The notes beneath the pieces were generated by a model, which ran no database searches, was not told where the DNA came from, and saw nothing but the letters and a program-made list of their open reading frames with translations. DNA of 54,828 bases from IMG/VR virus record IMGVR_UViG_3300022208_000004, positions 1 to 54,828 of that record. One strand, written 5' to 3'. This document shows positions 38,455 to 48,262 of this stretch, piece by piece. Source of the stretch: a virus. Taxonomy: Duplodnaviria > Caudoviricetes. Both the position numbers and the translations under genes were made by a program. The stretch's first letter is position 1. Each line of letters begins with the position of its first letter.

Positions 38455-39263
38455 AAAACCAGGAATCTAAACATATCTGAAGGAACAAGGTTAGATTCTT
38501 TGCCGCAACCATTACATTTACCTTTTTTATTAAGCTTGAATTGACTTATTCTTTCACCCAATTCTGTTTCCAACAAATCTCTTTCTTTTGGCTCTAGTCT
38601 AAACAATATTTTTTCAACATATGTCTTATCTAGATTGTCTTCCTTTTTATCGCCAAACTCTACACCCTTTATGCTATTAATCATGAACTCCCATTTGAAC
38701 TTTTGTAATTCGGCAGTTTCTTCATCACCTTTAATATATTTGTTTTCCAACACACGCTGAATTTCAAATGAGACTTCTTTTGGATATAGCTTTAAGTTGT
38801 CTCTAATCACTATAGGAGTTTGGTCAAGCGGTTTAGTTACAACATCTTTATCCAGAATAATTGTTTCGGTTAATAGTTCTCTACCTATACCCTCTATGCC
38901 CATTTTTTCCGCCTGTTTCTTGGGCAGCTTCATCCAGGTAGGACATTCCTGATTTGTGCAACGGTATGACATTTCTATTTTATTACCCTTTGCCTTCAGA
39001 CGCATTTCATAAAGCAAATATAATAGGTCATTCTTTGATAGGTCCTTTAATTTTTCTTTGGCGTCTACACTAGTTCCCATCAATTTTATAACTTCATTTG
39101 TCACCAGTTCATCGTTTTCTTTATTAATACCATCTATGGCGTATAGAAAGTTTTTTTCACTCTCTACGTTCCATCCCTTATATTGGATAGATTGCCCACT
39201 CAGTAATTTAATCTTACTAAACGCCGTGTCATTATTAGATAATAATTCTAGAATCTCACTCAT
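38451..39263 (-). CDS. gp26: Baseplate hub assembly chaperone (T4 gp26-like)
   Basis: Likely start 39263 (AAGGAG RBS); L.SG..I.Y....V..EK, D..YL...R.K.KG, CxxxxC and CxxC motifs. Confidence 0.75.
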   Translation of the reverse strand: MSEILELLSNNDTAFSKIKLLSGQSIQYKGWNVESEKNFLYAIDGINKENDELVTNEVIKLMGTSVDAKEKLKDLSKNDLLYLLYEMRLKAKGNKIEMSYRCTNQECPTWMKLPKKQAEKMGIEGIGRELLTETIILDKDVVTKPLDQTPIVIRDNLKLYPKEVSFEIQRVLENKYIKGDEETAELQKFKWEFMINSIKGVEFGDKKEDNLDKTYVEKILFRLEPKERDLLETELGERISQFKLNKKGKCNGCGKESNLVPSDMFRFLVF

Positions 39264-39273
39264 GTTTTCTCCT

Positions 39274-39822
39274 TTATTCAATTCTATGGAATCTCGCTTT
39301 AAATCCTATGGTTACGGTCCCAAATTCATTTTCAGCATAATCAAAATTACTTCCTGAAATGGAAGTAGGAATAACCCCTACAAATACATCTTTCTTGTTT
39401 ATTATATCTCCTACTCCATTGATAGGAATCACTTCAATATCAGAAGATACATCATCAAAATAATTTCTATTTACACTAGCCAATTCATCACGTCTGTCTA
39501 CAATAGAGTTCATCCATATAGAAAATGAATCCCTGACCTTCATATTGGATTCTTCCCAAAAGGTCATACTTAAATCGGAACCTATGTTTCTATCTTTTAC
39601 TACTACACTTAGCTTTGATACATCTACACCAAGGTTAATTCCAGGTAGATCAATTTTTATTAGATTGTCTCTTAATTCATCACTACTTATAGGTAGTGCA
39701 ATACTAGGCATTCTTATGAAATTGACATAGAAGCGGGATAGGTTTAAAAAACCATCTCCATTTAGCCAACTATTCTCAATAAAATATTCAGGACTTGTAA
39801 ATTTCTTTGGGTCAAAACTCAT
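39274..39822 (-). CDS. Tail-tube paralogue (gp54/gp19-like)
   Basis: SRFYV.F..P, DLPG, L.MTF.E....VR..F..WM..I, P.SI....DY....V.F motifs. Confidence 0.65.
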   Translation of the reverse strand: MSFDPKKFTSPEYFIENSWLNGDGFLNLSRFYVNFIRMPSIALPISSDELRDNLIKIDLPGINLGVDVSKLSVVVKDRNIGSDLSMTFWEESNMKVRDSFSIWMNSIVDRRDELASVNRNYFDDVSSDIEVIPINGVGDIINKKDVFVGVIPTSISGSNFDYAENEFGTVTIGFKARFHRIE

Positions 39823-39825
39823 TTA

Positions 39826-40380
39826 TTAAACCTTATTATGGTGCATCCACATAAAACCAAACATGACTGTAAAATCCTGTAATTGGTCAGTAGAATCATG
39901 ATTATATTCATATCCGTCTAAAGATTTAGGCCAGGCTTTATCAAAATAATAGCGACCAATTCTTTCCAGATTCCCATTCAAATGCCATAAATTAATACTA
40001 CCAAACATACTAGTTAAATCTGTAGTAACTTGATTGTTCTGATAATTATTTATACCAGTTCCATTTTCAAGGTAAAAAAGTTTATGCCATTCACTGATAA
40101 AAGAAACCGCCCCAAGGTTTATATCAGAGTGAAATCTTATCATGAGTTCTGTTATTTCAGCACCAGAATTTTTAGGAATTGTTATTCTTCTACCCATTCT
40201 TGATATAACTCTGGAAGCATAGTCTATTCTAGGTAGTGTAACTGTTTTTATAGCATTTTCGGCTATAGTAATGTTTGATGAAGATAGGGAAGGAACCATA
40301 AATTCTAATTCAAAAAGATTAGGTCTAGAAATGTCTTCTAAATGATTAGTTAATACATTGAGTCCATGATTCTCTGTCAT
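39826..40380 (-). CDS. Tail-tube paralogue (gp19-like)
   Basis: SRPNLFE, AWPKSL...Y.HDS.D....FTV.F motifs shared with the gp19 in this window. Confidence 0.75.
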   Translation of the reverse strand: MTENHGLNVLTNHLEDISRPNLFELEFMVPSLSSSNITIAENAIKTVTLPRIDYASRVISRMGRRITIPKNSGAEITELMIRFHSDINLGAVSFISEWHKLFYLENGTGINNYQNNQVTTDLTSMFGSINLWHLNGNLERIGRYYFDKAWPKSLDGYEYNHDSTDQLQDFTVMFGFMWMHHNKV

Positions 40381-40925
40381 TATTGTATTCTCTTGAATGA
40401 AGTAAAATTAAAATCAACAGTAAATTCCTCAAAAGTATCTACTTCAATATGTGAAAGTTCAATATTACTTATAGAGTATGGAACTACATTGGACATAGAA
40501 TACTTTGCTAGTATTTCATCCTTTGAGCCGCCGTATTGAGTTATTATCAAATTAACCCCACTGTTTCTATATTCTGATACAGAAGCCGTTCTAAATCCAG
40601 CAGATTCATCTTTAATATTTTTTATGCCATCCATCCAATTTTCAATAAATGTTCTGCCTCTCCATTCAGCATCATTCCAAAAGGTCACTACTATTGCTTC
40701 GGGTTTATAATCACCTGAAAGTGTGGTTTGAGTTCCTTTATAATGAAAAATTGGACCAGAAATATCCTTTTTAGGAATACTTGCCTTGGATATAAGATAG
40801 ACAAAACTATCGTCATAGTCATAAGATATTAAATCAACAGCACCCTCAAATTTTGCAGTAAATCTATTGGGTCTGGAAATTTCTCTTATATTATCTTTGA
40901 ACGTCCAAATATTTATTTCAGTCAT
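40380..40925 (-). CDS. Tail-tube paralogue (gp19-like)
   Basis: SRPNRF, KASIP, GD......TFWND...R...E.WM, ELSH..VD..EEFTV.F.F. Confidence 0.8.
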   Translation of the reverse strand: MTEINIWTFKDNIREISRPNRFTAKFEGAVDLISYDYDDSFVYLISKASIPKKDISGPIFHYKGTQTTLSGDYKPEAIVVTFWNDAEWRGRTFIENWMDGIKNIKDESAGFRTASVSEYRNSGVNLIITQYGGSKDEILAKYSMSNVVPYSISNIELSHIEVDTFEEFTVDFNFTSFKRIQ

Positions 40926-40926
40926 A

Positions 40927-42786
40927 TTATATTAGGATAGTAAAATCTTCATCAGAAGACAAGTGTTCTCTTACTATGGGCTTTTTATTAGCCATGTAAA
41001 GTATTGTCCCCAAGTTGTAGGAATGTTCATTAGTAGAAAATAAATCAGAATGACTATAATTTTCTAATGAACAATATTCTCTTGAAGCCGTTTTAGGATT
41101 ATAGCATAAAAATAATTGTCTATAAGTTTCATTTGTAGGAATGCTTTTTGAGCATACTTTTTTCAAACGTATTAGATCAAAGTAATATTGTATTGCTTTA
41201 GATATGTGTTCGGTTGTCATGAATTTTACAGTTGAATCTGGATTGCCATCTATTGTAATTACATCCACTATCTCTGAATTTATTTCTGGAACACTAGCTA
41301 GTATGTTTTCGGTTTCAATATTATCAACCCTTCTAGAAAATCTTATTTCATTCACCTTCTTGAAGGTAAATGAAGTAGAAGTAGAAACGTCTGTAGAGTC
41401 TTTTGCATCACTAGAAGGATTTATATTCTTATTCTTGACTATGATCTTAGTGTTTACATCTGGATGAACATTACTTGTAAAAGAAGATGTTATTGCATTA
41501 ATAGCAGAAGCCGTTAATGTGGCTATGGTAGAAGCGGTTGCAGCAGGTGTATAATTCACTACAATAGGAACACCAGAAATTAATGGTGCGGACCCTGTTC
41601 CATTATTATACCATATATAATAAACAGTTTCTATATTCTCATTTGAATAGTGTGGACTGTATAGATAGAAAAATTTATTATTAAGACCTCCTGGAATATC
41701 TCCGTCTCCCTTTATAGCTATTTCCGTATGTCTCTGTCCACTTATCCTTACCAAACCCTTTACATCAAAGATACTGGAATGAATAGCGCCTAGATTGATA
41801 TAATTTTTAGTTAAAGGTGCAGGTGTAATATCTGAAGTTTCTTGGCCTTCACTGAATTTTTCAGGGAAAACGGCTAATTTTTCTGACTGTGAGGCAGTTG
41901 TTAATTTCAATCTACCTGAATTTAGAATTGACTCTCCAATAACTGGATAGGAAAAAACTAGGCTTGTTTCCGTTTCAGTTTCGATTATCTGAAGATATTT
42001 CATCTTATCCTGAATAATATTTCCATCGGGAGTAGATAGGAAAAAAACAGAATTGGTTAGATTGTTGTTCAAGATATAACCACTACCTTCCTGAACGAAT
42101 CTAGGCAACAGACCCGTTATTTCCATTTCACCTAAAATGTTTGTGGTTTTAACTAAGTCTCCTACTATATTGTTCCCGAAAGAACTAGAAGGGGAAGCCG
42201 CCGCTATGTTTGTATTATACATCAATCTAACTGGTTGTTTAAGAGTAGGTAATTCTATTTCAGAAATTTTTTGAATTTTTATTCTGGATGAAAAGGTGTT
42301 GTTATAATTGAATATGTAATAATCATAGGCTATGTTTGAGTTTTCATTTTTTATGATTGGTCTTAGTCTAAGAGTATATTCAAGGTAGTCCATATTAAGT
42401 CCCTTGATTCTGACCCATTCTTTATTTGCATATTCCAATTCTAGATTTCCAATGTAGCTGGCATCAAGAAAAACGAAATCATTTACTGAAGTAGGAACAA
42501 TACTCGCATCAACATAACCAATATTTACTACTCTCCTTGCGTTTGTTGTTCCGCCAGAATTTAGGTCATAAAACTTTGTTGTTTCTTCCGTAGAAGATGA
42601 ACCCAAGGCAATAACGTTTGAGGGAAAGGTTGCAGCATGACTTATTTTCATTAAATTAGAGTAACCCCACATTGGATTTGATCTAGCAAACCCCAAATAT
42701 ATATTACCCTTTATTATAGTTTCAAAGAATAAGGACTTATTGAAGTCAATTGTTGTTCCTGCCAAAAAAGAATGAATTACTGTCAT
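40927..42786 (-). CDS. gp8: Baseplate wedge subunit (T4 gp8-like), expanded
   Basis: IY.GF.R..PW near N-terminus; C-terminal YRQ...G.ILYM.N..PI.R....E...LI. Confidence 0.7.
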   Translation of the reverse strand: MTVIHSFLAGTTIDFNKSLFFETIIKGNIYLGFARSNPMWGYSNLMKISHAATFPSNVIALGSSSTEETTKFYDLNSGGTTNARRVVNIGYVDASIVPTSVNDFVFLDASYIGNLELEYANKEWVRIKGLNMDYLEYTLRLRPIIKNENSNIAYDYYIFNYNNTFSSRIKIQKISEIELPTLKQPVRLMYNTNIAAASPSSSFGNNIVGDLVKTTNILGEMEITGLLPRFVQEGSGYILNNNLTNSVFFLSTPDGNIIQDKMKYLQIIETETETSLVFSYPVIGESILNSGRLKLTTASQSEKLAVFPEKFSEGQETSDITPAPLTKNYINLGAIHSSIFDVKGLVRISGQRHTEIAIKGDGDIPGGLNNKFFYLYSPHYSNENIETVYYIWYNNGTGSAPLISGVPIVVNYTPAATASTIATLTASAINAITSSFTSNVHPDVNTKIIVKNKNINPSSDAKDSTDVSTSTSFTFKKVNEIRFSRRVDNIETENILASVPEINSEIVDVITIDGNPDSTVKFMTTEHISKAIQYYFDLIRLKKVCSKSIPTNETYRQLFLCYNPKTASREYCSLENYSHSDLFSTNEHSYNLGTILYMANKKPIVREHLSSDEDFTILI

Positions 42787-45700
42787 TATAGACTCTCAAA
42801 AGAATATGTTTGTGCTACTGGTTTCATAAGTTGAACAAATATGTTACTATCTGCAATTGATAGGAACGCAAATCCACTAGTACCCTCTGTTGCAGTTGTA
42901 GTAGGTGCAGCACCATAACCGCTTTCTGTAGTTATGGTCAGAACAGATTCGTTTCTAGATACTTCAAAATCCAAACCAAAGTTGATAGTAGATAATTTTT
43001 CTTCTATCTTCCTTGCTATATTTATGGCAGTTTCATTTTGGGTAATACTTATTTCTAGACCAATACCAGAAGTTATAGGTTCTGAACTACCAGCATTAAC
43101 GTTAAACCAAACATAATACTCTCTTGTATTATCACCAGAATAAACCTTGAAATATTTACCACCCAAAGAACCCGTAACATCAGCAACCGTTGTTACTCTT
43201 GATATTTCTGGTGTTTGATAATAGTTGTATACATTAGCATTATAAACTGTACCTGTTTTTGCTAATAGAACTATCTTATTTTCTAAGGATACTCTCTCTA
43301 CAGTAGTATCTGTTCCCGATGCTATATAAGCCAACCATCTAGCATATGTCTCTGGATTAGGATAATCAAATCCTAATTTTATTCTTCTATTGAAATTTGA
43401 GGCGTCCATATTTTGAAAATTTGAAGACTTGTCAAGATTTGTATCATAGTCATTATTCATGGTATAGGCATTTCCATAATATTTTTTATCCGAAAAATGT
43501 CTGAATATTTTTATTATATCGGATACAGGATTTGTACTAGATGCTAGAGTTGTTCTTACTCTAACAAAATAATAAGGACCAAAAACAACCGATGTTTTAT
43601 CCTTTATATTGGTAGTAGCCCAATCAGCAGTATCTATAAATTTAACACGCCCATTTTGAGTAAATCCAGACGTGCCATCTGTTACAGTAAGAGAATCCCA
43701 TGTTTTACCGTTCCAATATTCCCAAACGTAAGTGCCGCCTACTCCATTTATCGTCAATGAAAAATCTATCTCATTAAACTTTGTATCGTTTCCAAAGTAA
43801 TATACATCATTTACGTTTATGGAAATGGTTTTATCTACAATAGCTAATTGATCTGTGTAATTCTTAATTGAAGAATCATAATAGATCAATGATTTTAGAC
43901 CAGACTCATAAAAACTAGAAACCATATCATTTATCCAGGCATAATTGGCCACGGGTAAAGTTGTTAGACTGGTAAAGGCAGAAATCCTTGCTCTTACATA
44001 ATAGAGTTGGCTTCCATCTTTTAGAATAGGACGCCATTCCAAAGTAGGATTTGTCCAAGTAACTGCTACAGAACCCGCAATAGTGAATTTATTACTACCA
44101 TCAGTTACATCAGCCAAGGCTTGCCATGAATCCCCTGACCAATATTCCCAAACCACTGTCCAGGTTCCCACACCAGCGGTTGTTATGTTTAAATTCAGTC
44201 TATGGAAATAATCAGTTGCTCCAAAATAATAGGCATCGCCAATCTCTGGTGTGGCATCCAAGAAATTCAACAAGCCCGTGTCAGTAGATTTTATATTATT
44301 TGATTCATCAACCAAACTCGTTTTTGTTTCCAGGTAAGTTCTCTTTAAGGAAACTAGTTTTTCTATTTTTCCTATTCTACCACCGCTATAAATATTTCCC
44401 TCAAATTGAGTGATCTTTTTCATATGTGTCCAAAAGATATTACTATCCTTTGAAGTGCCGTAATCTTTCCAGACTGGTTTTGTAGAACCACTTGTAGCGC
44501 CTTGGGTAATATTTCTGTTTATGGTTGAGGCGATAGGAACAGTAGTTCTAGAACCAGCATCAGTTCTAAATCTTATCCAATAAGAATAAACTCCATTCAC
44601 AATTGTCTTACCCCAAGTAGAAGATAGGTCCGCCCATGTTACAGTATTCAATCCTGAATTTTTAAAATTGTTTGTTCCGTCTGTTACTGCAAAGGTTGTC
44701 CATACATTATTTGTATTATGCCAATATTCCCAAACAATAGTATAAGCACCAACACCTACTGTTGTTACATTTATATTAAGATTGTTAAACGTATAATCAG
44801 AACCAATGTAAAAACTATCAGTAACATCAACGGCGGTTCCACTGAATAGATATACATCATCTACTGTAGCAGAATTACAAGCATCATAGAAGTTGCTGAA
44901 TGTTGCAGCCGAACTATCATAAAAATAATAATAGTTAAGAGGAATATGAGGGAGTATCTTGTAAACATTGATATTACCAGTATCGGACAGAGCAACTATT
45001 TCATCATTTACAGAATAACTTTTAGTAGAACCCCATACATTGGTAAACTCATAGATATTATCAAACTGTTTCCATTTTATCTTAGGATTTTCAGCTAAAG
45101 TATATTTCTTCATATAGATATTTGTATTAATCTTTTGGAAATTTTTAGTATGATTCAAGGCCGAACTAATGGTAGATGGATTACTAGGGAATGTGATAGT
45201 TCCATTATATTTTGAATATTTGTAATTAAACTTATCAATGAAATTACCATCAGATATATCAATGACAAATTTATTGAAATACATTGAATAACCGACAAAC
45301 ATTTTCAGGTCAAAAGAAAATGTTGAGGGCTTAATCTTAGTGTAGACATAATGTGTCTTTTTGTGAGTAAGAGTAGCAGCTACTACTTGAGAACTACCAT
45401 CGGGATTATTAACCTTGATAAAGTTTGTCCCTACAGTCAATACAGGATACGCCCCGTTATTTACAGCAGAAGCCCCACTTGCTACTACCATATCTCCAAC
45501 CGAAATAAATCCTACTGGATTGGTTGTAAGTGTTATGGTTTGAATACCAGTGTTGTCTACAATTACAGGGGTATTAAAATTGGCTACGGTATAATTAACA
45601 TCATTCGATACTTTCTCTACTATATTATTATTCAATACAACGTTTCCGAATGTTAAGTCTGAAACCGTATTATAGTATGTTGAAGATATGTATAATACAG

Positions 45701-47258
45701 GATAAGCGTCAGTGGTGTATTTAAAGGTAATATCACCAGAAGAAAATTCTTTCAATGGAGAATTTTTTACAACAATCATTTGCAAAACAGAGTCTTCATT
45801 GAATGTAAGCCTTGAGGCATCTGACAAGGCAGAACTAAGAGAATAAGTCTGAAGGTATGTTATTAAAGGTTTGTTTATCTTTCTTAGATTTGTTATTACA
45901 CTTAATAGGTCTGCCTGTGTTGTTCCTTCTCCATTGTTTATTTGATAATCGTTAGAATAGGCTTCAATAGTAGAAAACAATTCTGCCACGGTTATTATAT
46001 TATTGGTTGCAAGATTGGTATTCTTAATGATAGTATAAACACCACGATTATTACCGTTTGGAAGTATTAGTTCATAACCATTCATAGAATCAATATCAAT
46101 GGTTGTAAGATTTATATCTATTTGAATTGTCTTGTTATTTTTAACAACTGCGCCAGTTCCTTTGTATAGATAAGGTGCTGTTGGATTGGCAAAAAACTTA
46201 GGCTGATATGTCACAGGATTTGAAATAAAATTTCTATTCATATCAAGGAAATCATGATTTGTATTTGTTCCTGAAATGATATTTGCTCTATCCTGGCCAT
46301 GCACCGAAAGTTTTTCCCTTAAAGAATTTAGAAGGTAATCATCTGACCAATTATAATTCTCTGTTTGATAGTGTTCTAGGAAACCCTGGACAACTTGATA
46401 GTAAGTATCTATCCATCCTACAGGATGCACGATGTTCTTTATTACCTTAGTCCAGTTTTCTTTAGGTAAATCTGATGCAATAATGTATTTGAAAGGATTT
46501 TTTATGTCTGGTTCAACCGCAACAAAATGATAATTCAAAACGTCCGCAAAAATTTCTATCAGATATATAATTTTTCCAATAAATCCATTAGAAGTATTAA
46601 TGTCAAATGACCTGTCTAATAATACCTTCTTTATGTCTTCAAACTGTGATTCGGTCAAGGTGTTTGAGGCATTAATAGCATCAAAGTAGGCTGAAAATGT
46701 AGCTAGAAGTTCATGGGTATTAAGTGATTCAAAGATGTTCTTATTGTCAAAAAGTATTTTTTCATAACCATTGTATGAATAACGCTTGGTTGTACTATCA
46801 AACGTTGTAGGAACATATTGGAAATTGAATTTGTTCCCTTCTTCTATCATCTTTTTTGGGTCAAATAATTCTGGTAATAGGATGTTTCTGTGTGTAGAAG
46901 CGTTTCTATTACCGTCCTGTGACACTGTTACATTGGGAACCGTTGACATTTTTTCTGTAACAAACTTAATTTGCTTTTGGATTATTGCGTTATTATCAAC
47001 CCCATAGATTTTAGTTGTGAGTGTTATTTCATAAACAGTGTTGTAGTCAAGGCTCTTGGCAGGAGTTATTGTTATAGTTGTCCCACTACCAGATAGTGAA
47101 ACAGTAAAATCTACATCAAGGCCAGCAGAATCTTCAAAAATAATAGTATTTTTAATGACTGTTTCTTTTTTTAAGGCAGCACTATATACAATATTAAATG
47201 AACTATTGACAAGGATTCGTTTATCAACAGCAGGAGTAATCGTAACAAAATTGGACAT
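42786..47258 (-). CDS. Baseplate wedge initiator (gp7-like) with Ig-like and repeated inserted domains
   Basis: N-terminal Ig-like domain (ITP...L.YNT.Y.ITL); IK..VHPVGW motif; between gp6 and gp8. Confidence 0.6.
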   Translation of the reverse strand: MSNFVTITPAVDKRILVNSSFNIVYSAALKKETVIKNTIIFEDSAGLDVDFTVSLSGSGTTITITPAKSLDYNTVYEITLTTKIYGVDNNAIIQKQIKFVTEKMSTVPNVTVSQDGNRNASTHRNILLPELFDPKKMIEEGNKFNFQYVPTTFDSTTKRYSYNGYEKILFDNKNIFESLNTHELLATFSAYFDAINASNTLTESQFEDIKKVLLDRSFDINTSNGFIGKIIYLIEIFADVLNYHFVAVEPDIKNPFKYIIASDLPKENWTKVIKNIVHPVGWIDTYYQVVQGFLEHYQTENYNWSDDYLLNSLREKLSVHGQDRANIISGTNTNHDFLDMNRNFISNPVTYQPKFFANPTAPYLYKGTGAVVKNNKTIQIDINLTTIDIDSMNGYELILPNGNNRGVYTIIKNTNLATNNIITVAELFSTIEAYSNDYQINNGEGTTQADLLSVITNLRKINKPLITYLQTYSLSSALSDASRLTFNEDSVLQMIVVKNSPLKEFSSGDITFKYTTDAYPVLYISSTYYNTVSDLTFGNVVLNNNIVEKVSNDVNYTVANFNTPVIVDNTGIQTITLTTNPVGFISVGDMVVASGASAVNNGAYPVLTVGTNFIKVNNPDGSSQVVAATLTHKKTHYVYTKIKPSTFSFDLKMFVGYSMYFNKFVIDISDGNFIDKFNYKYSKYNGTITFPSNPSTISSALNHTKNFQKINTNIYMKKYTLAENPKIKWKQFDNIYEFTNVWGSTKSYSVNDEIVALSDTGNINVYKILPHIPLNYYYFYDSSAATFSNFYDACNSATVDDVYLFSGTAVDVTDSFYIGSDYTFNNLNINVTTVGVGAYTIVWEYWHNTNNVWTTFAVTDGTNNFKNSGLNTVTWADLSSTWGKTIVNGVYSYWIRFRTDAGSRTTVPIASTINRNITQGATSGSTKPVWKDYGTSKDSNIFWTHMKKITQFEGNIYSGGRIGKIEKLVSLKRTYLETKTSLVDESNNIKSTDTGLLNFLDATPEIGDAYYFGATDYFHRLNLNITTAGVGTWTVVWEYWSGDSWQALADVTDGSNKFTIAGSVAVTWTNPTLEWRPILKDGSQLYYVRARISAFTSLTTLPVANYAWINDMVSSFYESGLKSLIYYDSSIKNYTDQLAIVDKTISINVNDVYYFGNDTKFNEIDFSLTINGVGGTYVWEYWNGKTWDSLTVTDGTSGFTQNGRVKFIDTADWATTNIKDKTSVVFGPYYFVRVRTTLASSTNPVSDIIKIFRHFSDKKYYGNAYTMNNDYDTNLDKSSNFQNMDASNFNRRIKLGFDYPNPETYARWLAYIASGTDTTVERVSLENKIVLLAKTGTVYNANVYNYYQTPEISRVTTVADVTGSLGGKYFKVYSGDNTREYYVWFNVNAGSSEPITSGIGLEISITQNETAINIARKIEEKLSTINFGLDFEVSRNESVLTITTESGYGAAPTTTATEGTSGFAFLSIADSNIFVQLMKPVAQTYSFESL

Positions 47259-47260
47259 AG

Positions 47261-48259
47261 TTATGAAATGGTAATAGGTTTAATAAAATCTAACAGATAT
47301 TTATCATGCTTCAAAAACAACCTTGGATAATAACGGCCAGATTTTTCATAAACATGAGACTGTTCGGCTAATAAATCGGATACTACTGAAAAATTATTGT
47401 ATACTCTAACAAAGGTCCATGTGACTGTATTATCATTTATCGTTCCACTAGTTGGCCACAATGGTTCCGTTGTCCCGCTAGTTCCAGCCGTGGTGCATCT
47501 ATAAACATTGTATCTTTCTATCGTCTCTCTTTCTACAATTATATCCCCAATGGAATAGGCTCTACCTGACACCCATTCAGTAATTCCGTCTCCAAAGTCC
47601 CAAACATATTCGACATTTGATATTGCAGGAATGTTTATAGAGAAGCTTATTTTATTACCGACAGATAATGTGCCACTTGTGGTTATGTTTATATCAGAAA
47701 ATAGAGTATCGTCAAATATCCTCAAATCTATTTCATTATTGTTTTCTTTCATTCTAAGATATTCTTTAATTAGATCAGGATACAAAGGATGTTTTTCTAT
47801 GAAATTTTCATCATACCATCTAAGATAATTGTGAGAAATGAAGTCTTTGTTTTCCATAGAATACTTGCCCCAGACTTCTAGGGATTCTATCTCAAATTGG
47901 TTTGGATTAGTAACGGTCAGTCTAAGAAAAATAAATTCTGTATTTCTATCCATAGTATAGTCTATGTCAAGGTGATATTTTGTGGGAACAAATGTATCGG
48001 ATAAAATATCCCAATTAAAACCATCTATTGATCTTTCTATCTTTAGACTAGAAAGTGTTCCTATCCAGTCTATGACTATTCTATCTAGCAGTTCTCTTTC
48101 ATAGACGTTTAATACAATCCATTGAACTCCACCATCAAGTGGACGCCACGAAAATTCTTCCTTGGTAGTATGCACCAAATCAAGATTGGCTGTTCCTGAA
48201 ACAATTGAGGAATAACGTATTGTATTCTTTTTATGTTTTATGAAATTTATATCACTCAT
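47261..48259 (-). CDS. Structural protein with discoidin-like, PKD and CBM-like domains
   Basis: QWI.....S.DG..W; YVWDFGDG...HVY.K.G.Y PKD motif with an inserted module. Confidence 0.65.
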   Translation of the reverse strand: MSDINFIKHKKNTIRYSSIVSGTANLDLVHTTKEEFSWRPLDGGVQWIVLNVYERELLDRIVIDWIGTLSSLKIERSIDGFNWDILSDTFVPTKYHLDIDYTMDRNTEFIFLRLTVTNPNQFEIESLEVWGKYSMENKDFISHNYLRWYDENFIEKHPLYPDLIKEYLRMKENNNEIDLRIFDDTLFSDINITTSGTLSVGNKISFSINIPAISNVEYVWDFGDGITEWVSGRAYSIGDIIVERETIERYNVYRCTTAGTSGTTEPLWPTSGTINDNTVTWTFVRVYNNFSVVSDLLAEQSHVYEKSGRYYPRLFLKHDKYLLDFIKPITIS

Positions 48260-48262
48260 ATC

